Below, one piece after another: positions 41,664 to 58,072 of a stretch of DNA of 64,000 nucleotides. The DNA is from the human T2T-CHM13v2.0 reference genome, Homo sapiens, in the NCBI RefSeq assembly GCF_009914755.1, contig NC_060929.1; one strand, 5' to 3'. A program made the position numbers and the translations under genes. Under the pieces are notes generated by a model. The model saw only the letters and a program-made list of their open reading frames with translations, made no database searches and was not told the origin of the DNA. The number at the start of each line of letters is the position of its first letter. The first letter of the stretch is position 1.

Positions 41664-42067
41664 GTAGCGAGTGCTATGGTGTATCACTGAGACCCCTCCC
41701 AGAACTAAAGCACTCCTTCCCTTTCCACCAAGACTGTAGGCTGCTGCTGGCACACAGCCACCCTCTGCCAAAGGGAGCTGCCTTACCTGAAGTCATGTCC
41801 CTCCAGGGGCAGCATACATCATTGGATGACTGGTATGTACAGCGGTATAAAGACCTGGCCCCCTTCCCTTAATTTGGGACAACTCTGAGGAGCATCCAAC
41901 CCTCAAAGCTCCCCAAGGGATCAGCTAAGACCTTTGTTACAAGTGCATTGCAGTTCAAAAATCCCTTCCCGTACCCCATGACAAGAGTTGTTCCTGAGTG
42001 CGCACTACAATACCGCCTGCAGGCAAATCTCAAACTAAGTCTGTGCCCCAAGAGCTGACCTAGGACA
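41664..42067 (+). mobile_element. LTR16-like ERVL solo LTR inside a MIR
   Basis: ctgccttacctgaagtc...tataaagacctggcccc...tgggacaactctg...gacctaggaca; family from recall. Confidence 0.6.
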
Positions 42068-43243
42068 CCTTAATACACATAAAACCTCCAAATAAGTACT
42101 ATCCTTACCCACATTTTACTGACGAGGAAACAGAAACTCAAAGAGGTTTAAATAATTTCCCCGAAGTTACACAACTATTAAATAATAAAGCCAGGGAAAC
42201 AGCACAGGCACCCTCTTCCTTTTCAAAGGCCTCCATGAACCTTCTTGCAATGTTCATTTTTCTACTGTCCATACGCACCTATCTACTCAGCATCCTGTCC
42301 AGAAAAATTCTACCTTGGAAGAAAGAAGAAAGCATGAATTCCTTTCCTCCTTAAAGGACAAGTTTTACAGACCAGAGGATAAACCTTCAAGTGGGAAGAC
42401 AGGGTTATGATGCAATTATAAACTGAGGTCTCCAGGACATCAAAGTTGGATCCATGGGAAAGGGAGCTGCTATTTTCAGAGATCTGAGCCTGAGAATTCT
42501 TGCAGAGAAGAATAATGATAAGGGGAACTTAAAATACAGATCCCCAGGCCCCTCCCAGGAAAATTCTGATTTAATGGGACTCAAGCAGGCACCAGAGCTC
42601 TATGCCCTTAAGAGGCACCCATATGATCCTCTTATGATTAGGCAGGGCTGTGAACACCACGTGGGCCTGCAGGAAAAAGGCAGGGACTTCCTACTTGGGA
42701 TCTAAGCCCAGGGATGGGGACAGAGGGTAATCAAAGGCATCGCTAGAGAAGACAATAAAATATATTTAACACCAAAGTAGACTAAACTAAAGTTAGTATT
42801 TCCTTGAGGATTCAGAAGGTCCTTCAGATTCTGCCTGGCCATCACCACAAATACTACCGTTATCTTGGAAGGAAGAAGTATTACTGGATCTTGAGAGAAT
42901 GCTGAGTAGTAAGGAGTGTTTGCTAAACCAAAGCAGCAAACCACAGGACCAGGAGCACCACTGTCAGAGGTAGGAGACCTGAGTTCTAGTCACAGCTCCA
43001 CCAATCATTCTGCTAGGCACCTTAGGCTGATCACTTTTACTAAGGAGTAACATAGACCACAGAGGTCAGGGCACTGAGAGCTAGATGGGATTAGTGCTTT
43101 CTATACCCAGTTGCACTCTAGCATTACTAAGGGGAGTCACAAAAGAAAACAGACTCCCAAGAGTCTACCCAAGAGTGTATTTGACTCAGTCAGAAATTTC
43201 AAGTCTCAGGCCTGAGTCTGTATGTGTGTAACATACTTCATGT

Positions 43244-44037
43244 TGATAAGGACAGGTGGCAGGAAAATACTGGATAGAAAAGGGCAGTCCCTGGTGAGGG
43301 CCACACCCTCAAGCCTGGACCTGTGGCCCAAAGTCAGAATATACATTCCCGTTTTCCCATATGAATGTTGCCTTTTCCAAAACCACCCTGGCCCACCCCA
43401 CCCCCCACCCTGTACCCATAAAAACCCCAGGCCCCACTGGTGGAGTGGCAGAGCAGCAGAGGAGAGAGGAGAAGAAGCAGCTGGACATTGGAGAGAAGCA
43501 GCTTGACTTCAGAGGGATGGCTTGATGGCAGGACCTCAGAGAGGAATTCAGCCAAGGACAGCCAAACTCCAGGGGACAATCACCTTTCTACTCCATCCCC
43601 TTTCCAGCTCCCCATCCCGCTGAGAGCCACTTCCACTGCTCAGTAAAATCCTCCACATTCACCACCCTTCAATTCGTTCACGCCACCTGATTCTTCCTGG
43701 ATGCAGGACAAGGAGCCGGGTGCAAGTGCAAGAGGCTGTCACACTGACCCTCCACTGAGCTGCTTAACACTTAAGCCATCTATGAATGACAAAGCTAAAA
43801 GAGCACACTATAACACGCACTCCCTGGGGTTCTGAGGGTCAAAGGCAACCTCTAGATGCTTCCATAGGCCCGCACAGAGTTCTGCTCCTACTGGTTGTCC
43901 AAAAGCACTCATCCTGGCATCTGCATCTGCTCACCTGTGTGCTCCCCCTTTTGCAAGGGGTTGAGAGCTGCGTGCTGAGTAAATGAGGCAACCCCTTCAT
44001 AAGTCATGGAAAGGGGTCAGAGAACTATCCCATTTCA
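43244..44037 (+). mobile_element. MER50-like ERV1 solo LTR
   Basis: TG...CA ends with perfect 4-bp TSD atgt. Confidence 0.8.
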
Positions 44038-44214
44038 ATGTGATTCTGAAACACAACCAGTTCATTTACTAGAATTTGTAAATAGCAGCTTTACACCATC
44101 TCTTCCAACTCTGACAGTCTTGGAATTGATGAAACAGGTTATCCTTAATCATTTCTGAAGATATAGTATATACTACACTCTTAAGAGGTACCTTCCATTT
44201 AAAGAATTAGGGGA

Positions 44215-44568
<354 letters not shown>

Positions 44569-46188
44569 TTAACTAAATTCTTAACAGAAAACCTGCATTG
44601 TGCCCCTTTTCGTTCTTATTCCCTTAACAACAGACCCAGTTAACAAATATGTACTATGCACCTACTACGTGCACTGGGGATTAAATGGTGAATGAACAAG
44701 ATAGTTCCTGCCCCCATGGAGTTTACAGTCTAGTAGATTCCAGAAAATTTTCATTCCCTCACTTCACTTTTTTATTCTAACAAATCTCTGGACAATAATT
44801 AAATGTCTTCTTTCTATTTTCAGGAAGAATAAAAACTATCACATTAATTCTCTTTCAAGCTTCTATTTACAGAGTAGAGCATACATCCAGACGGTATGAC
44901 TTTAAAATAAGAAAAGCACACTCCTTCCCTAGGAGGTGAGGACCTGCAAACTTTCCCATCCATCTAAATTAAGACCTCCACCACTTATTGAACTGAACAC
45001 TAATTGACATAAGTGAAGACTGAGGTTTTCCTTGGGAATTGAAAGACGTTATTTATTGAATCAATTAAGTTCACAGGGTGACAGTTGATTTTTCTTTCCC
45101 TTTTTCCCCCCCTCTCATACCACTTCAGTCTAAGCAGGACAGTTAGAAATGGAACATGGAGAATGGCGGCAGGGAGAGAGAGGCCTATAAAATAAACAAA
45201 AAAGAAAAAAAAACACCTAACAGGGAAGCTAAGCCATGATTTAGTACCTCTCTTCGGTAAAGAAGGACCAAATCAAAGCCCAGTCAATAGAGTCCTTTCA
45301 AATAAAGTTCCAACGCTTAAATCTCAACCCCCAGGAGATCAGGCTTAAAGGGGCTAAATTTACACCACTTATCACACAATGATGCCTGAAATGCAGAACA
45401 AACATTAAGTGGATCTACCTTTATAGATAAGGCTTAAAAGCTTTTTGGACTGACAAACCATAAACCAGCTTGATTTTATTATTTCTTTCCCCTCTGAGAT
45501 TTTTTTTTCTCTATTACAAGACTATCTTTCTCTATTTGCCAATGTACAGATAAGTGAGCTATCTCGCAGGTTCATTTCCCTAATACCAGAGCTGTGCTGG
45601 CCAAATGTATCCCCACAAAGGAGTCTCAGAGTCAGATTCTAAACACTTCACAAATTCTCCACTCTAAGAGTCTCAGAAATAGCTGATTATTACTAAAAAC
45701 ACAAACTTGTCTTAAGAGGAGCAGGAATAAGTTGAAACTAAAGGTGGCTAAATTCAAACAGTATATTTACTTTGCTATAAAACTGATCCTTCCTTGAGAA
45801 GCTCTGATTTATGTAGGAGGCTTGGAAGAGAGTAATATTAGACCAAACAAAAATTTTCTAAAGCAGTTCTCAAAAGGTGCATCCACAGGGAGCTCTTAAC
45901 AAAACAGAATTGCTCATTCAATTATCAGTGATAAAAGATTGGTGTTAAAGACCCCCACTGGAAATAACGCTTTCTTGTGGGTCATGGCTTTGGAGTAAAC
46001 ACCATGAACTGATGCACCCACTATGTGTAAGGAAGGGCAGGGAAGCTACGTGGAACAGGGATGCAGATAAGACAAGAAGCCTGCACTCAATGGACCATTG
46101 GCCTCTTCAGAGGAAATAGAGGAATTAAAAATAACTGAAAGGCAACACAGCCTCTGAAAAACACTATGACTTTTAAAAGAAAAAAGTA

Positions 46189-47672
46189 CAGTAATGTGCT
46201 GCTTGATGACATTTCAGTCAATGACAGATGATATATATGATGGTGGTCCCACAGGACTGTATAGGAGCTGAAAAAATCCTATCACCTGGTGACGTTGTAG
46301 CTGTCATAGCCCAATACATTCCTCATGTGTTTGTGGTGACATTGGTGTGAACAAAACTACTGCACTGCCAGTTGTATAAAAGTATAGCACATATAATTAT
46401 AACATCATAATACTTGATAACGATGGTAAATGACTACACTACTGGTTTATATATTTATTATGTTGTACTTTTTATCATTTTAGAATGTACTTCTACTTAT
46501 GAAAAAAATTAACTATAGGGCCAGGCATGGTGGCACTTTGGGAGAGGCTGAGGTGGGAGGATTGCTTAAGGCCAGGAGTTCGAGACCAGCTTTGGCAACA
46601 TAGTAAGACCCCTTCTCTATTAAAAAAAAAAAATTTAATTAGCCGGTTGCAGTGACATGAGCCTGTAGTCTTACCTACTTAGGATCACTTGAGTTCAGGA
46701 GTTTGAGGCTGCAGTGAACTATGATTATGCCACTGCACTACAGCCTGGGCAACAAAGTGAGAGACCCTGTCTCTGAAAAAAAGGTTAACTGTAAAACAGC
46801 CTCAGGCAGGTCCTTCAGGAGGTATACCAGAAGAAGGCATTGTTATCACAGCAGATGACAGCTCCATGTTACTGCCCCTGAAGACTTTCCAATGGGACAA
46901 GATGTGAAGGTGAAAGACAATGAGATTGATGATCCTGATTCTGTGTAGGCCTAGGCTAATGTGTGAATGTATATGCCTTTGCTTTTAACAAAAAAGTTCA
47001 AAAAGTAAAAATTAAAATTAAAAATTTCAAAAATAGAAAAAAGTTTCTAGAATAAGGATATAAAGCAAAATACTTTTGCATACCTGTGCAATGTGTTTGC
47101 GTTTTAAGCTAACGGTTATAACAAAATAGTCAAAAAGTTAAAATTCACAATTTTATAGAGTAAAAAATGTTAAAGCAACCTAAGGTTATTTTGTTATTGA
47201 ATAAACAAAAGTATTTGTTTATAAATGTAGTGTAGCCTAAGTGCAAAGGGTTTATAAATCTGTAGTAATGCACAGTAATGTCCAGTAAAGTCCCATGCCT
47301 TCCTACTCACCACTTACTGACTCGCCCACCCAGAGCAACTTCCAGTCCCGCAAGTTTCATTCACAGTAAGTGTCCTATACAGGTATACCCTTTTTTTAAT
47401 CTTTTATACCATATGTTTACTCTACTGTTTCCTATATTTAGCTATGTTTGGATACACAAATAGTTATCATTGTGTTACAATTGCCTACAGTATTCAGTAC
47501 AGTACATGAGTACAGATTTATAGCCTAGGAACAACTGGCTGTACCATATAGCCTGGGTATGTTGTAGGCTCTACCATCTAGGTTTGTGGATGTGCACTCT
47601 ATGAGGTTTGTACAATGACAAAATCGTCTAATAATATATTTCTCAGAATGTATCCCTTTTGCTAAGTGACTG
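46189..47672. mobile_element. Tigger3/MER7-like non-autonomous DNA transposon with nested AluJ (46519-46782)
   Basis: TA|CAGT...ACTG|TA ends; ggagctgaaaaaatcctatcacct, cagcctcaggcaggtccttcaggagg motifs. Confidence 0.8.
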
Positions 47673-47840
47673 TATAATGGAAGAAAGGAAGTAGAAATTA
47701 ATGTTGCAGGAAGGAAGGACTTGCAGAAGCCACTTGAAGAAGAGGGATTTGAGTAAGACCCAAAGTCCAGTCGTAAGTGTGACACACAGAGATAAAGGGA
47801 AAGACCAAGGAGAAGGAGGCTTAAGAAAATGGATGGAAGT

Positions 47841-48138
<298 letters not shown>

Positions 48139-48649
48139 AAGAAAATGGATGGGAGTGGGAACTGCATGGGAGGAAGGAAGAGATGAAGGGAGGAAAGGGC
48201 GAAGGGATCTACATCCAGTTTTCTCATCAAAAGGTAAGAGAATACTGCATGACACTTCTCCATGAAGAGATCTTCTACCACAATAAAGCAACTTTTATGC
48301 AACTTTTAATCTGATGCTGTCTAATCCTTTTAGATGCAGAACTTTATCTAGAAAGTGGAATAACACCTAATAATAATCTAAAATAAACAGTTAAAATTCA
48401 TTGGCACATACAGTGTGCCAAGCACTTTGCCTGCAATCACTTATTTTACCCTCCCATCTCCCCTTTTTTTTTTTGGATGAGACCAAGGCTCAGAGAAATT
48501 AAACAACCTGTTCAAAATCACACAGTAACTAAACCTCAATTTGACAGGAGGCAATCAGGCTCAAGAATCCAGGACCCTGAATCTTACTACACTGTGGGGA
48601 TGGGAAGTTTAAATGAGAATGCAAAAGTGAAAACCCCCGACACACTGTT

Positions 48650-49014
48650 GGAACTAGTCTGTGTTGTGCTGCTGTAACAGAATACTATAGGCTGAGTGAT
48701 TTGTAAACAAAAAAAAAGTTTATTTGGTTTACAGTGCTGGAGGCTGGGAAGTCTAAGATTGAGGGAGTGCATCTGGTGAGGGCCTTCTTGCTGTGTTATA
48801 ACATGGCAGAAGGCACCACTTGGCAAGAGGGTATGTACAAGAAACCAAGAGATTGAACTCACAGTTTCAAGCCCTTTTATAATTGGCATGAATCCATTCA
48901 AAGGGGTGGAGCCCTCACTATCTGAACACTTCTCATTAGGTCACTTCCAACACTGTTGCACCAAGGATTAAGTTTCCAACATGTGCCTTGGGGGGACACA
49001 TTCAAACCATAGCA
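48650..49014 (-). mobile_element. MST-family MaLR LTR
   Basis: gctgctgtaacagaatac...ggaggctgggaagtctaagat...cattcaaaccatagca. Confidence 0.75.
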
Positions 49015-51209
49015 GGTACATAGCAAGAGCTTTTCTTCCTTTCTTTATTGGCTGTATTCAAAGAGCCTAATAAATAAGTCAGGTATTTTAGTCCTGCTCC
49101 CAAACAAAATAACATGAATCTTAATATATGAATCAATATCTAATCCCATCTACAAACTGTTTTAAAGACAATGTTTTTTCAATTAGAAATAGCCTGATAG
49201 AATGTATGGCTTCAATATAATTTTCCCATAGTAGCTAATAAACTTTTGAGTAAGATTCATTTTTATTTTTATAAGTAACCCAAAATCTTTAGGTGTAACT
49301 GCAGAACATTAAACTGATACAATAATTCAGATGTCTTTGCTTCACATTATAAAGCTTTCTCTCTCCTTAAAGAGAATATTTAATTTTCACAATTTATAAT
49401 GGAAAAGAATATATCCTCAAATAATAAAGTCTAAAAACTGGAAAGGACCTTATATTTTCTAGTCCGGATAGGAAACTCTAAGCAAAGAATCAAAAATGGT
49501 CCATCTGATTTAAAGAGATTTCCTGCAATCAAATAACAGAATGAAAGATCAATTAATAAATCATGTTGCTGATTTTCAAATAAACCCTAACCTAACATGA
49601 AGATTTAAGTCGCTGGTGTTTTTCTATTTTACAAAGTTACTTCCGCCACCTTCCAATGTGACTCAATTAATCTATTTTCATTTTGAATTTTAAAAAATTT
49701 GACCTGCATATAATTTTATTTTTCCTCACTTGCACTTCATGCAAAATATGGCCTCTCCCCCAGTGCCATGTCCATCCATGACATTTATAACATTTGATCA
49801 TCTGTTGCCTGCTGGAAACCTCCATTCATGGGAAGCATACTGTTCCTTAGTCCATCTGTGCTTAATTACGAGACAGTGCTTCCTCACATTGAAGAGTAAG
49901 GAACTGTTTTAGTGGCTGGCACCAGACCATCCCAGTACCAACTCCTGTACTCTCAACTGTGCCCAAGTGAAAAGCAACAAGGTTCCTATTATTTCCCCTT
50001 TATCAGCCATTTTTTCACTATTCATCAGACTTAAGCTCAGTCATAATTTTCCCTTTTTTCTTCCCTATTCTGAGATAAAGTGGTTAGCAGCATGCTTGTA
50101 CATTTTATCAACAAATTGTCTTTAACAGAATAAATGAATCCAATTGATGCTCAAATAATAAATAAATCTAACAGCTGCCCAGATAATTCTGCTTTTATCT
50201 TGTATCTCTACCCTTCTCCTTCCCCACAGGTTCATGCAATTCTATAAGTCAATGATCTTCTTTACATAAAAGGTCAGTCTACTGTGTCTTCAAGTCAGGT
50301 GTTTCCTTTCAACAAAATAGAATTTTTCAAAGCCATATTTCAGTCAAAAACCAATCTCACCAAACCTCAATATTGAATCTAATGATAATTTATTATGGGG
50401 TTACTGTATGCTGACACTTTACTTACATTATCTCATTTAACCCTCTCAATAGTCCCGTGAGGTAAGACAGTTCTGCTCTCACCATTTCCAGGTAAGAAAA
50501 CTCAGCCTCGGAGAGGTAAATGACTTGTTCAAAGTCATGTAGCTAGCAAGTGGCAGACCTAGGATTTAAATCTGGATTTCTCCACCTCATTCCACAACGA
50601 GTGCTTACTTACCTCACTGAATGTGTTTCTGTGCCTGAAAATGTGTAGAGGGAAGAGAATAAGTACACTTCACTGCAGGATCACTCCTGAAGATTAAATG
50701 AGGCAACATATAAAGCTACTGGCACACAACAGACTTTTGTTAACCATTACCTCCCATTCTTCCCATGTCCTAAAAAGTAGCTACTGATTTATATATGGAC
50801 TCTATCTGACTAGGGGCCCCTCATAATGGGACTCCCGCAGTGAGGCACCTCCCCACATTCAGCTAGAGGCTGATGACCTATAGGAAATACCAGCAGGGGC
50901 TCACCTCATGCTTGCTCACATTTTCCTCACCCTTCACATCACCTCTAAGAGTCACTAACACTTCTGTTTCACACTATTAGGCCCAGCAGGGTAAACCAGG
51001 TTTCCTCAGGTCATAGTAGTCATCAAAGACAGAACTAGGATCCAGTTCCAGGGAAAGAACTAATTAGCAAGCAAGCTAAGGCCTCTATCTACTAGTCTGT
51101 GCTGAGCACATTACATGCCTTCACCCTCTCACATCCTACCTATAAGTCAATTACATAAGAAAAATGAAGTTCAGCTCGGTTAAAAAAGGTGACCAAAGAC
51201 ACTCAATTA

Positions 51210-51578
<369 letters not shown>

Positions 51579-52327
51579 CTATCTCCTCGAAAAGATGTGT
51601 TTATAGGGTTTTCTCAAATTACCAAAAAATGACATGTCAGCTTCGGCACATTCCTTCCTACAATCAAAAAATAATTTCCATCTACATCTGCGTGGTTTTA
51701 ATTTTATTAATTTAGAAGAGGCAGGGAACATGTAGTTCTTGAAATTGCCATAAGAAAAAAAGCACCTCCCCATGTATGCAAATGAATTTTGTTTTGAGCT
51801 GACACTAAGTGAAGCTCCCTTGTGCACTCTGGAGAAGCCAGAAGAGAAACATTCCACAGGGAAGCATTTCTGCTTTAACACAATATCTGCCTATCAGAAT
51901 TCCATTGTGTAATGCCAACATGGAGGGCCCTTCACTTCCCACTAAAAGCCTTTCAGTACTGAACAAAGTCATCATTTCTTGGGGACAAAACCCACAGTGG
52001 GTGAATGAAGTACAAGGTTAGCCAGAGTGCTGTCATTAACAAAAGCAACATAAATATGATAGCTTGACTTCACTCCTCATCCTTTGCACTACCTGTGGAG
52101 TGAAGGAACAGTAAGTCCATGGCAAGTTTAGGAAGTGACGTTTGTGTTTTAATTCCACACACTTAACATTACAAATTAAAAAGAGTAATCAGAAAAAAAA
52201 AGCTACATACAGGAAAGCTACTAAATGATTAAAAAATAAAATCTCTATATGCAGATAATAGCCTAAAAATAAACCATGGGCTGTTTTTAAGTCAACTATT
52301 TGCAAAGAAAAAAATGCCTGCAGTGTT

Positions 52328-52917
52328 TATAGTTACCTCTTATCTGTAGTTTTGTTTTCCACAGTTTCAGTTACCCACAGTCAACTGTGGTCCAAAAATA
52401 TTAAGTGGAAAATTCCAGAAATAAAAAATTCATAAGTTTTTAGTGCATGACATTCTGAGACGTGTGATGAAATCTTCTGTCCTGGCACATGAATCATCTC
52501 TTTGTCCAGGATATCCACACTGTAGACACTGCTGGCCTATTAGTCACTCTGTAGCCCTCTGAGCTCTCAGATCAACCGTTGCAGTATCACTGTGCCTGTG
52601 TTCAAGTAACTCTTATTTTACTTCATAAGGGCACCAAAGTGCAAAAGTAGTGATGCTGACAATTCAGATATGTTGAAGAGAAGCCACAATGTGTTTCCTG
52701 TAAGTGAAAAGGTGAAAGTTCTCAAATGAAGAAAGAAAAAAAAATCATATGCTGAGGTTGCTAAGATCTATGGTAAGAACAAGTCTTCTATCCATGAAAC
52801 TGTGAAGAAGGAAAAAGAAATTTGTACATAGTGTATGTAGAGTTCCATACTATCCACCGTTTCAGGCACCCACTGGGGGTCTTGGAACATATCCACCAAA
52901 GATAAGGGGGACTACTG
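52328..52917. mobile_element. MER44-like (Tigger7 group) element
   Basis: cttatctgtag...tttcagttacccacagtcaactgtggtcc; end gataagggggactactg|ta. Confidence 0.75.
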
Positions 52918-53466
52918 TATATACAAATGCTCTTTCAAGCTCCTAAACCCTGTAATAAACTGGTAAGGGGAAGGAGACACTGAAGAAATAGATGTAATAA
53001 TGTTGATACTTCTTAAAAGTTGTTCTACTATTTCAGTTGCTAACTAAGTGGGGAGTGTTCTTGGTTAATCCCTAGGATATTCGTTGTATGATTTGGTTGA
53101 GATATCCCTGCATGTATTATTATCTCCCACATGGATGATGTTCCAAATCTACCATCTGTCTTTAATGTTAAACAGTTTAATAAAATTATTCCTTTCAATA
53201 AAAAAATTAAGGCTTGTATTTTTAAAAAATTCACAAATCCTTCACTTGGTGAACTGCAAGGGTGGGATTGTTTTAAAAGACCAAGTGCTGTAAGCAATTC
53301 TGGCTCTTGTTTGGAGACTGATGCAAAATTCCCAAGACTGAGGGACAGCTCTGATTCACGTCTTATATGGAATTTGGCCAACAAATTCAGGTTCTCTAGA
53401 AAATAGTTTGTTACAGTGGCTGAAGTAAAGAAGTGAGCTGCTGGAAAAGTAAAATGAGGGGGAATT

Positions 53467-53632
53467 TCCTTTTTTGTTTTAGAGACGGGGTCTCACACTC
53501 TGTTGCCCAGGCTGGAGTGCAGCAGTTCAATTGTAGCTCACTGAGGCCTTGAACTCCTGGGCTCAGGCAATCCTCCCACCTTAGCCTCTTGAGTAGGTGG
53601 GATTACAGGCATGCATGAGCCACTGCACCTAG
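53467..53632 (-). mobile_element. Alu monomer (FRAM/FLAM-like)
   Basis: Reverse Alu monomer motifs. Confidence 0.8.
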
Positions 53633-53808
53633 CATGAGAGGAAATTTTCAGTACCTTAAAGCCAGGCAGCCTAGTAATTATGTGCTCAGTCTGAGTCCCA
53701 CTGTCTAGTTTAAATCTGGATTCTACCACTCACCACCTGTGCGATCTTGATCTTGGGCAAGTCAACTCACTTCTCTATGCCTCCTCAACTATAAAATGGT
53801 AATGATAA

Positions 53809-55169
53809 TGATGGCAGCAGCTGCTCCAAATGGCCTGCCACTGCCATCACTCCTGGCTGCAACAGGGAGGCACGGCCAGGGCTGCACACTCCATGAAGCT
53901 GGCAGGAGCCCAGGGGCAGGTGGGAGCCCCGCCTGCCTGCGCGCAGCTACAGCCACCCAAACTGCAGCTGCAGACCCAGGCCTCCTGCTCCACGGAGCAG
54001 GTAGAAACCCTGCCCCCATGGGCACAGCTGCAACCGCCCAAAGCACACTGCAAACCAAGGCTTCCCTACACTCTTGGGGGCCAGGGGGTGGGAAGGGCCC
54101 CTGTGCACTCACAGGCTTGGAAGTGCCTGTCCCTGCTGCCTGGCTTCTCTCAGCTGTCAGGAACTGCTCCAAACTCAGAGCAACATCAGGGCCGAATCTG
54201 GACACCATGAATGGCAGCAGGAGGCAGACAGGTTCCTGGACGGAAGGGAGCAGGTCCTCGATGAAGCCCCATCTTCAGGCCAGGGAGGGCCTGAAGGCTG
54301 GGGGCGGGGCTGCCAGTCCCACCAGAGTGGGAATTTGTGTGCCTTTTCTTGGCCTGCCTATGGCCACCCAACTGGTGCACACTTTCTCCCCTCTGAGGCC
54401 CATAAAAGACCCAGGCTCAATCAGAGCTGAGCAGATGTTGGGACAACCAGCCACAGAGAAGAGCTACCCACTCCAGGGCCTCCTCTCTGCTGACAGCTCT
54501 AGAAATAGGATTATCAGCTGCAGAGGGGAGCAACCCACTCCAGAGCCTCCTCTCTGCTGAGAGATACAGGGACGACTGGACGACCTGCCTGCAGAGAGGA
54601 GCTTCTCACTCCAGGGTCTCCTCTCTGCTAGGGGCTGCACACTCTACGGGACACCCTGGATGTGGAAAGGGGCTACACACTGTGAGTTCCCTCTGAGCTG
54701 TTCTATCACTCAGTAAAGCTCCTTTTTGTCTTACTCATCCTCCATTTGTCCATGCATCTCAATCTTCCTGATCACAGAACAAGAACTCAGTACCCGCCAA
54801 GCTGAAACAGTTACAACACAAACAGTACCAACTGGGGAAGCTGCTTGTAGTGCGCCTGGCCCAGCCACAGCTTTGCAGAGAACTGGCACCCATGCCAGCA
54901 CCTAGAGCTGCCTGTCCCACGGCAGCAGCTGGTGTGTCCAACTGCTTAGTGGCTGTACTCCACGCTTGCTCACACACCCCTCGCTGCTCCACGCCTGACT
55001 CACAGTCTCCCTTGGAGGCGTGGAAGCCAGGGCGGTAGTGTGAACTAAGCACAGCCTGCCAGGCCGACTGGGTGGAATGAGCCCAGCAGGCCCAAGTAAA
55101 ACTCAGGCAAAGGTGTCACCAGCCACAGGTTTCCAGCCAGAAAAATGATACCCCAAAGATCCTGTAACA
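53809..55169 (+). mobile_element. MER52-family ERV1 solo LTR inserted in a MIR
   Basis: GC-rich TGATGGCAGC...gatcctgtaaCA, repeated ctcctctctgctg units, near TSD ataa/atag. Confidence 0.8.
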
Positions 55170-56282
55170 ATAGTACTCACCATAGTGAATTGTATGGTGG
55201 ATGCTAAGCAAATTGGATGAGGTAATACATGCAACATACTCAGGATGATTGATGTCTGGGGCATAGAAAGTACTCAAAAAATATGACCTGTTACTGTTAC
55301 CTTTCTGATTACTCCTGTGTCATATAGAAAGCGCCTCTGTTTTTAAGAGTTTTGTTAAAAGATAATAGAATGAAAACATAAAGTCTAACCCTTTTGGAAA
55401 ATAATATTATAATATGTTCATTTGTTCATTAATTCAATAAATATTTATTGAGCATTGATGATGTGCTAGGTACTAAGGATAAAGTGGTAAGCCTTAAACA
55501 GAAGCCTATCTTTCAGTGACAGAGATAAAAAACATATTCAAAGGATCATGAAAGTAGTCACATACAGTTAAGAGTGCTTCAGGGAATCTTTTCTAAGGCA
55601 ATGGTACAAAAATATGAAAGGTTATATGTATAAAGTTGTTTCACATGGTGTCATTTATAATGGTAAAAGTGGAAATAACCTGAATGTTCAATACTAAAGG
55701 GCAATATAAATTATTATATAACTATTTAATGAAATATTATATAATCATTAAAATGATGAATTTGAAGTTTATGTAGTTACTGTGAAAGGGATTTATTATA
55801 AAATATTACTTGAAAAAAGCAAGAAATGAAATTGTACTAACACTTTAATTATGACTGTGTTTAAAATTTGCGTATGAGACTAGAAGGAAATACGCCAATT
55901 TGGGTAATAATGAAAAGAAAACAGTTATCATTTATGAAGTATTTATTGTGTGCCAAGGTATTTTAAGTACTTCCTTATACTATCTCCTTCACTCTCATAC
56001 TCATAAGATAGATAGTATTATTCATATTTCACCCAGAGAGAGGTTAAGTTCATCCATACTCTATGAGGGAGGGCACTCTGATTTAAATCCACATTGGGTT
56101 GATTCCAAAGACAGGCTCATCATAACCACTAAACAATTATTTATAATGTCATAATGGGAAAAATAAGTTATTGTTTTTAACTATCTTGCATTTTACTTTT
56201 TAAGTAATGTTAATAACAACAACTAGCTTGAGCCCAGGAGTTCGAGACCAGCCTGGGCAACATGGTGAGACCTCGTCTCTTA

Positions 56283-56570
<288 letters not shown>

Positions 56571-57831
56571 AACAATAACAACTGATCATTTGTTGTTGCC
56601 ACATCCTATCCTAAGAGCTTCATGTACATAGCTCATTTACTCCTCACAATACTCTACAAAGTAGGTTCCAATATTGTCCTCCTTTTATAGATGAGGAACA
56701 TGAGACACAGAAAATTAAATAGCTCAGCCAAGGTCATACAGCTGGTCAGGGCAGAGTATTCTGCTGGCTTCAAAGGGAGCTGAGGAAAAAGAACATAAAT
56801 GGCTCTACTGGAAATATAATTTAAAATATTTACATGCAGGTAGTACCTATTTAAAACATTGTTAAATAAGTTTTTTTAATTTTGTTTAAAGATTTTAAAA
56901 GTCTTTTTAGGAGGAGTATGATAAGTTTTTAAATTTTGAACTATTTCAAATGTATCAGGAAGTTCAGAGAATAATAGAAAAACCAATAGGTATTAACAAA
57001 TGTTAATGTCTAAAAATAACAAAAGCTACACTCTACTAAAAGCCCCTGATTGAGGAAATTTTAATTATAGCCTTTAAATTCTACTTAAATTGGGACTCAA
57101 TAAGAAAGGAGTTACTTAACTCTCAAAAAGCCACCATTTTCCTTTGGAAATTCAGAGATGGTGAGCTGGAATCTAAGGAAAGAAGCTAGCCAAGGAAAAA
57201 GGAGTCAAATCTCAGACAGCAAATGGAATTCAAAAAAACTGAAAGTGACAAAGAAATGTCACTCCAACAAATCCCGCTTCACTAGACACAATGCTTCCTT
57301 TTCTCCTAACAACAGGCAGACACTGCAGCCTCCTCCCCACCGCCTTCCTGGGTCACTGCCTGCTGCCCATTAGGGGTGGCTACAACCAAAGGGGTCTTTC
57401 AGGAAGGATGAAATTCTATCTTAGAGTGGGGAGCCAGGATGAGAAATCACAATAGACAAAGGGAGGAAGAATGCTCCAGGGGAACAGCTGGACACCTCAG
57501 ACAGCTCAAGGAGCACTGAAGTAGCATGCTGCAGGGCTGAAGGACACAGCTGTTGCTAAACTAGTAGATGCATCCTTAAATGAAATTACATTTACAATTC
57601 AAGTAGCTCTACCCAGAATTCTGTATTAGTCCCTCAGCTGATATGTCTGAATGACATTTTCCTGGTCTTTTTGGTCAAACTAAAAGACTTAATTCAACAC
57701 AAAGAGCCTAGGAAAATCCAAGCCCAATCCTGTAAGTAATGATGCCTTTTTTTGATTTACAACAGATGTGTTCCTAAAGGCACTTAGTCCACACAATGTG
57801 CAGATGCAGCCCCTATATTTATATTTTTATA

Positions 57832-58072
57832 TATGTATGTGTGTGTATATAGATATATAGTATATCTATATACACACTATATATATACTATATATATACA
57901 CACTATATATATACTATATATACACACTATATATATACACTTATATATATACACTATATATACTATATATATATACACACACACTATATATATATACTAT
58001 ATATATACTATATCTATATATATACACTATATATATATATATACTATATCTATATACACACATACAAATACA
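57832..58072. repeat. (TA)n/(TATACAC)n compound microsatellite
   Basis: Seen directly. Confidence 0.95.

Noticed and set aside
51623-51657. Possible 35-nt minus-strand exon (ttttttgattgtag|...|gtaatt)
   Set aside because: Both splice signals are mediocre and there is no recognisable peptide; expected by chance in 64 kb.
53040-53406. Overlapping 69-114 aa ORFs in unique sequence
   Set aside because: No recognisable homology, non-ATG start for the longest, and only a weak donor site.
53796-54560. 254-aa ORF (longest in the window)
   Set aside because: Almost entirely inside a GC-rich MER52 LTR, where stop codons are rare; overlapping ORFs in several frames; no domain similarity.
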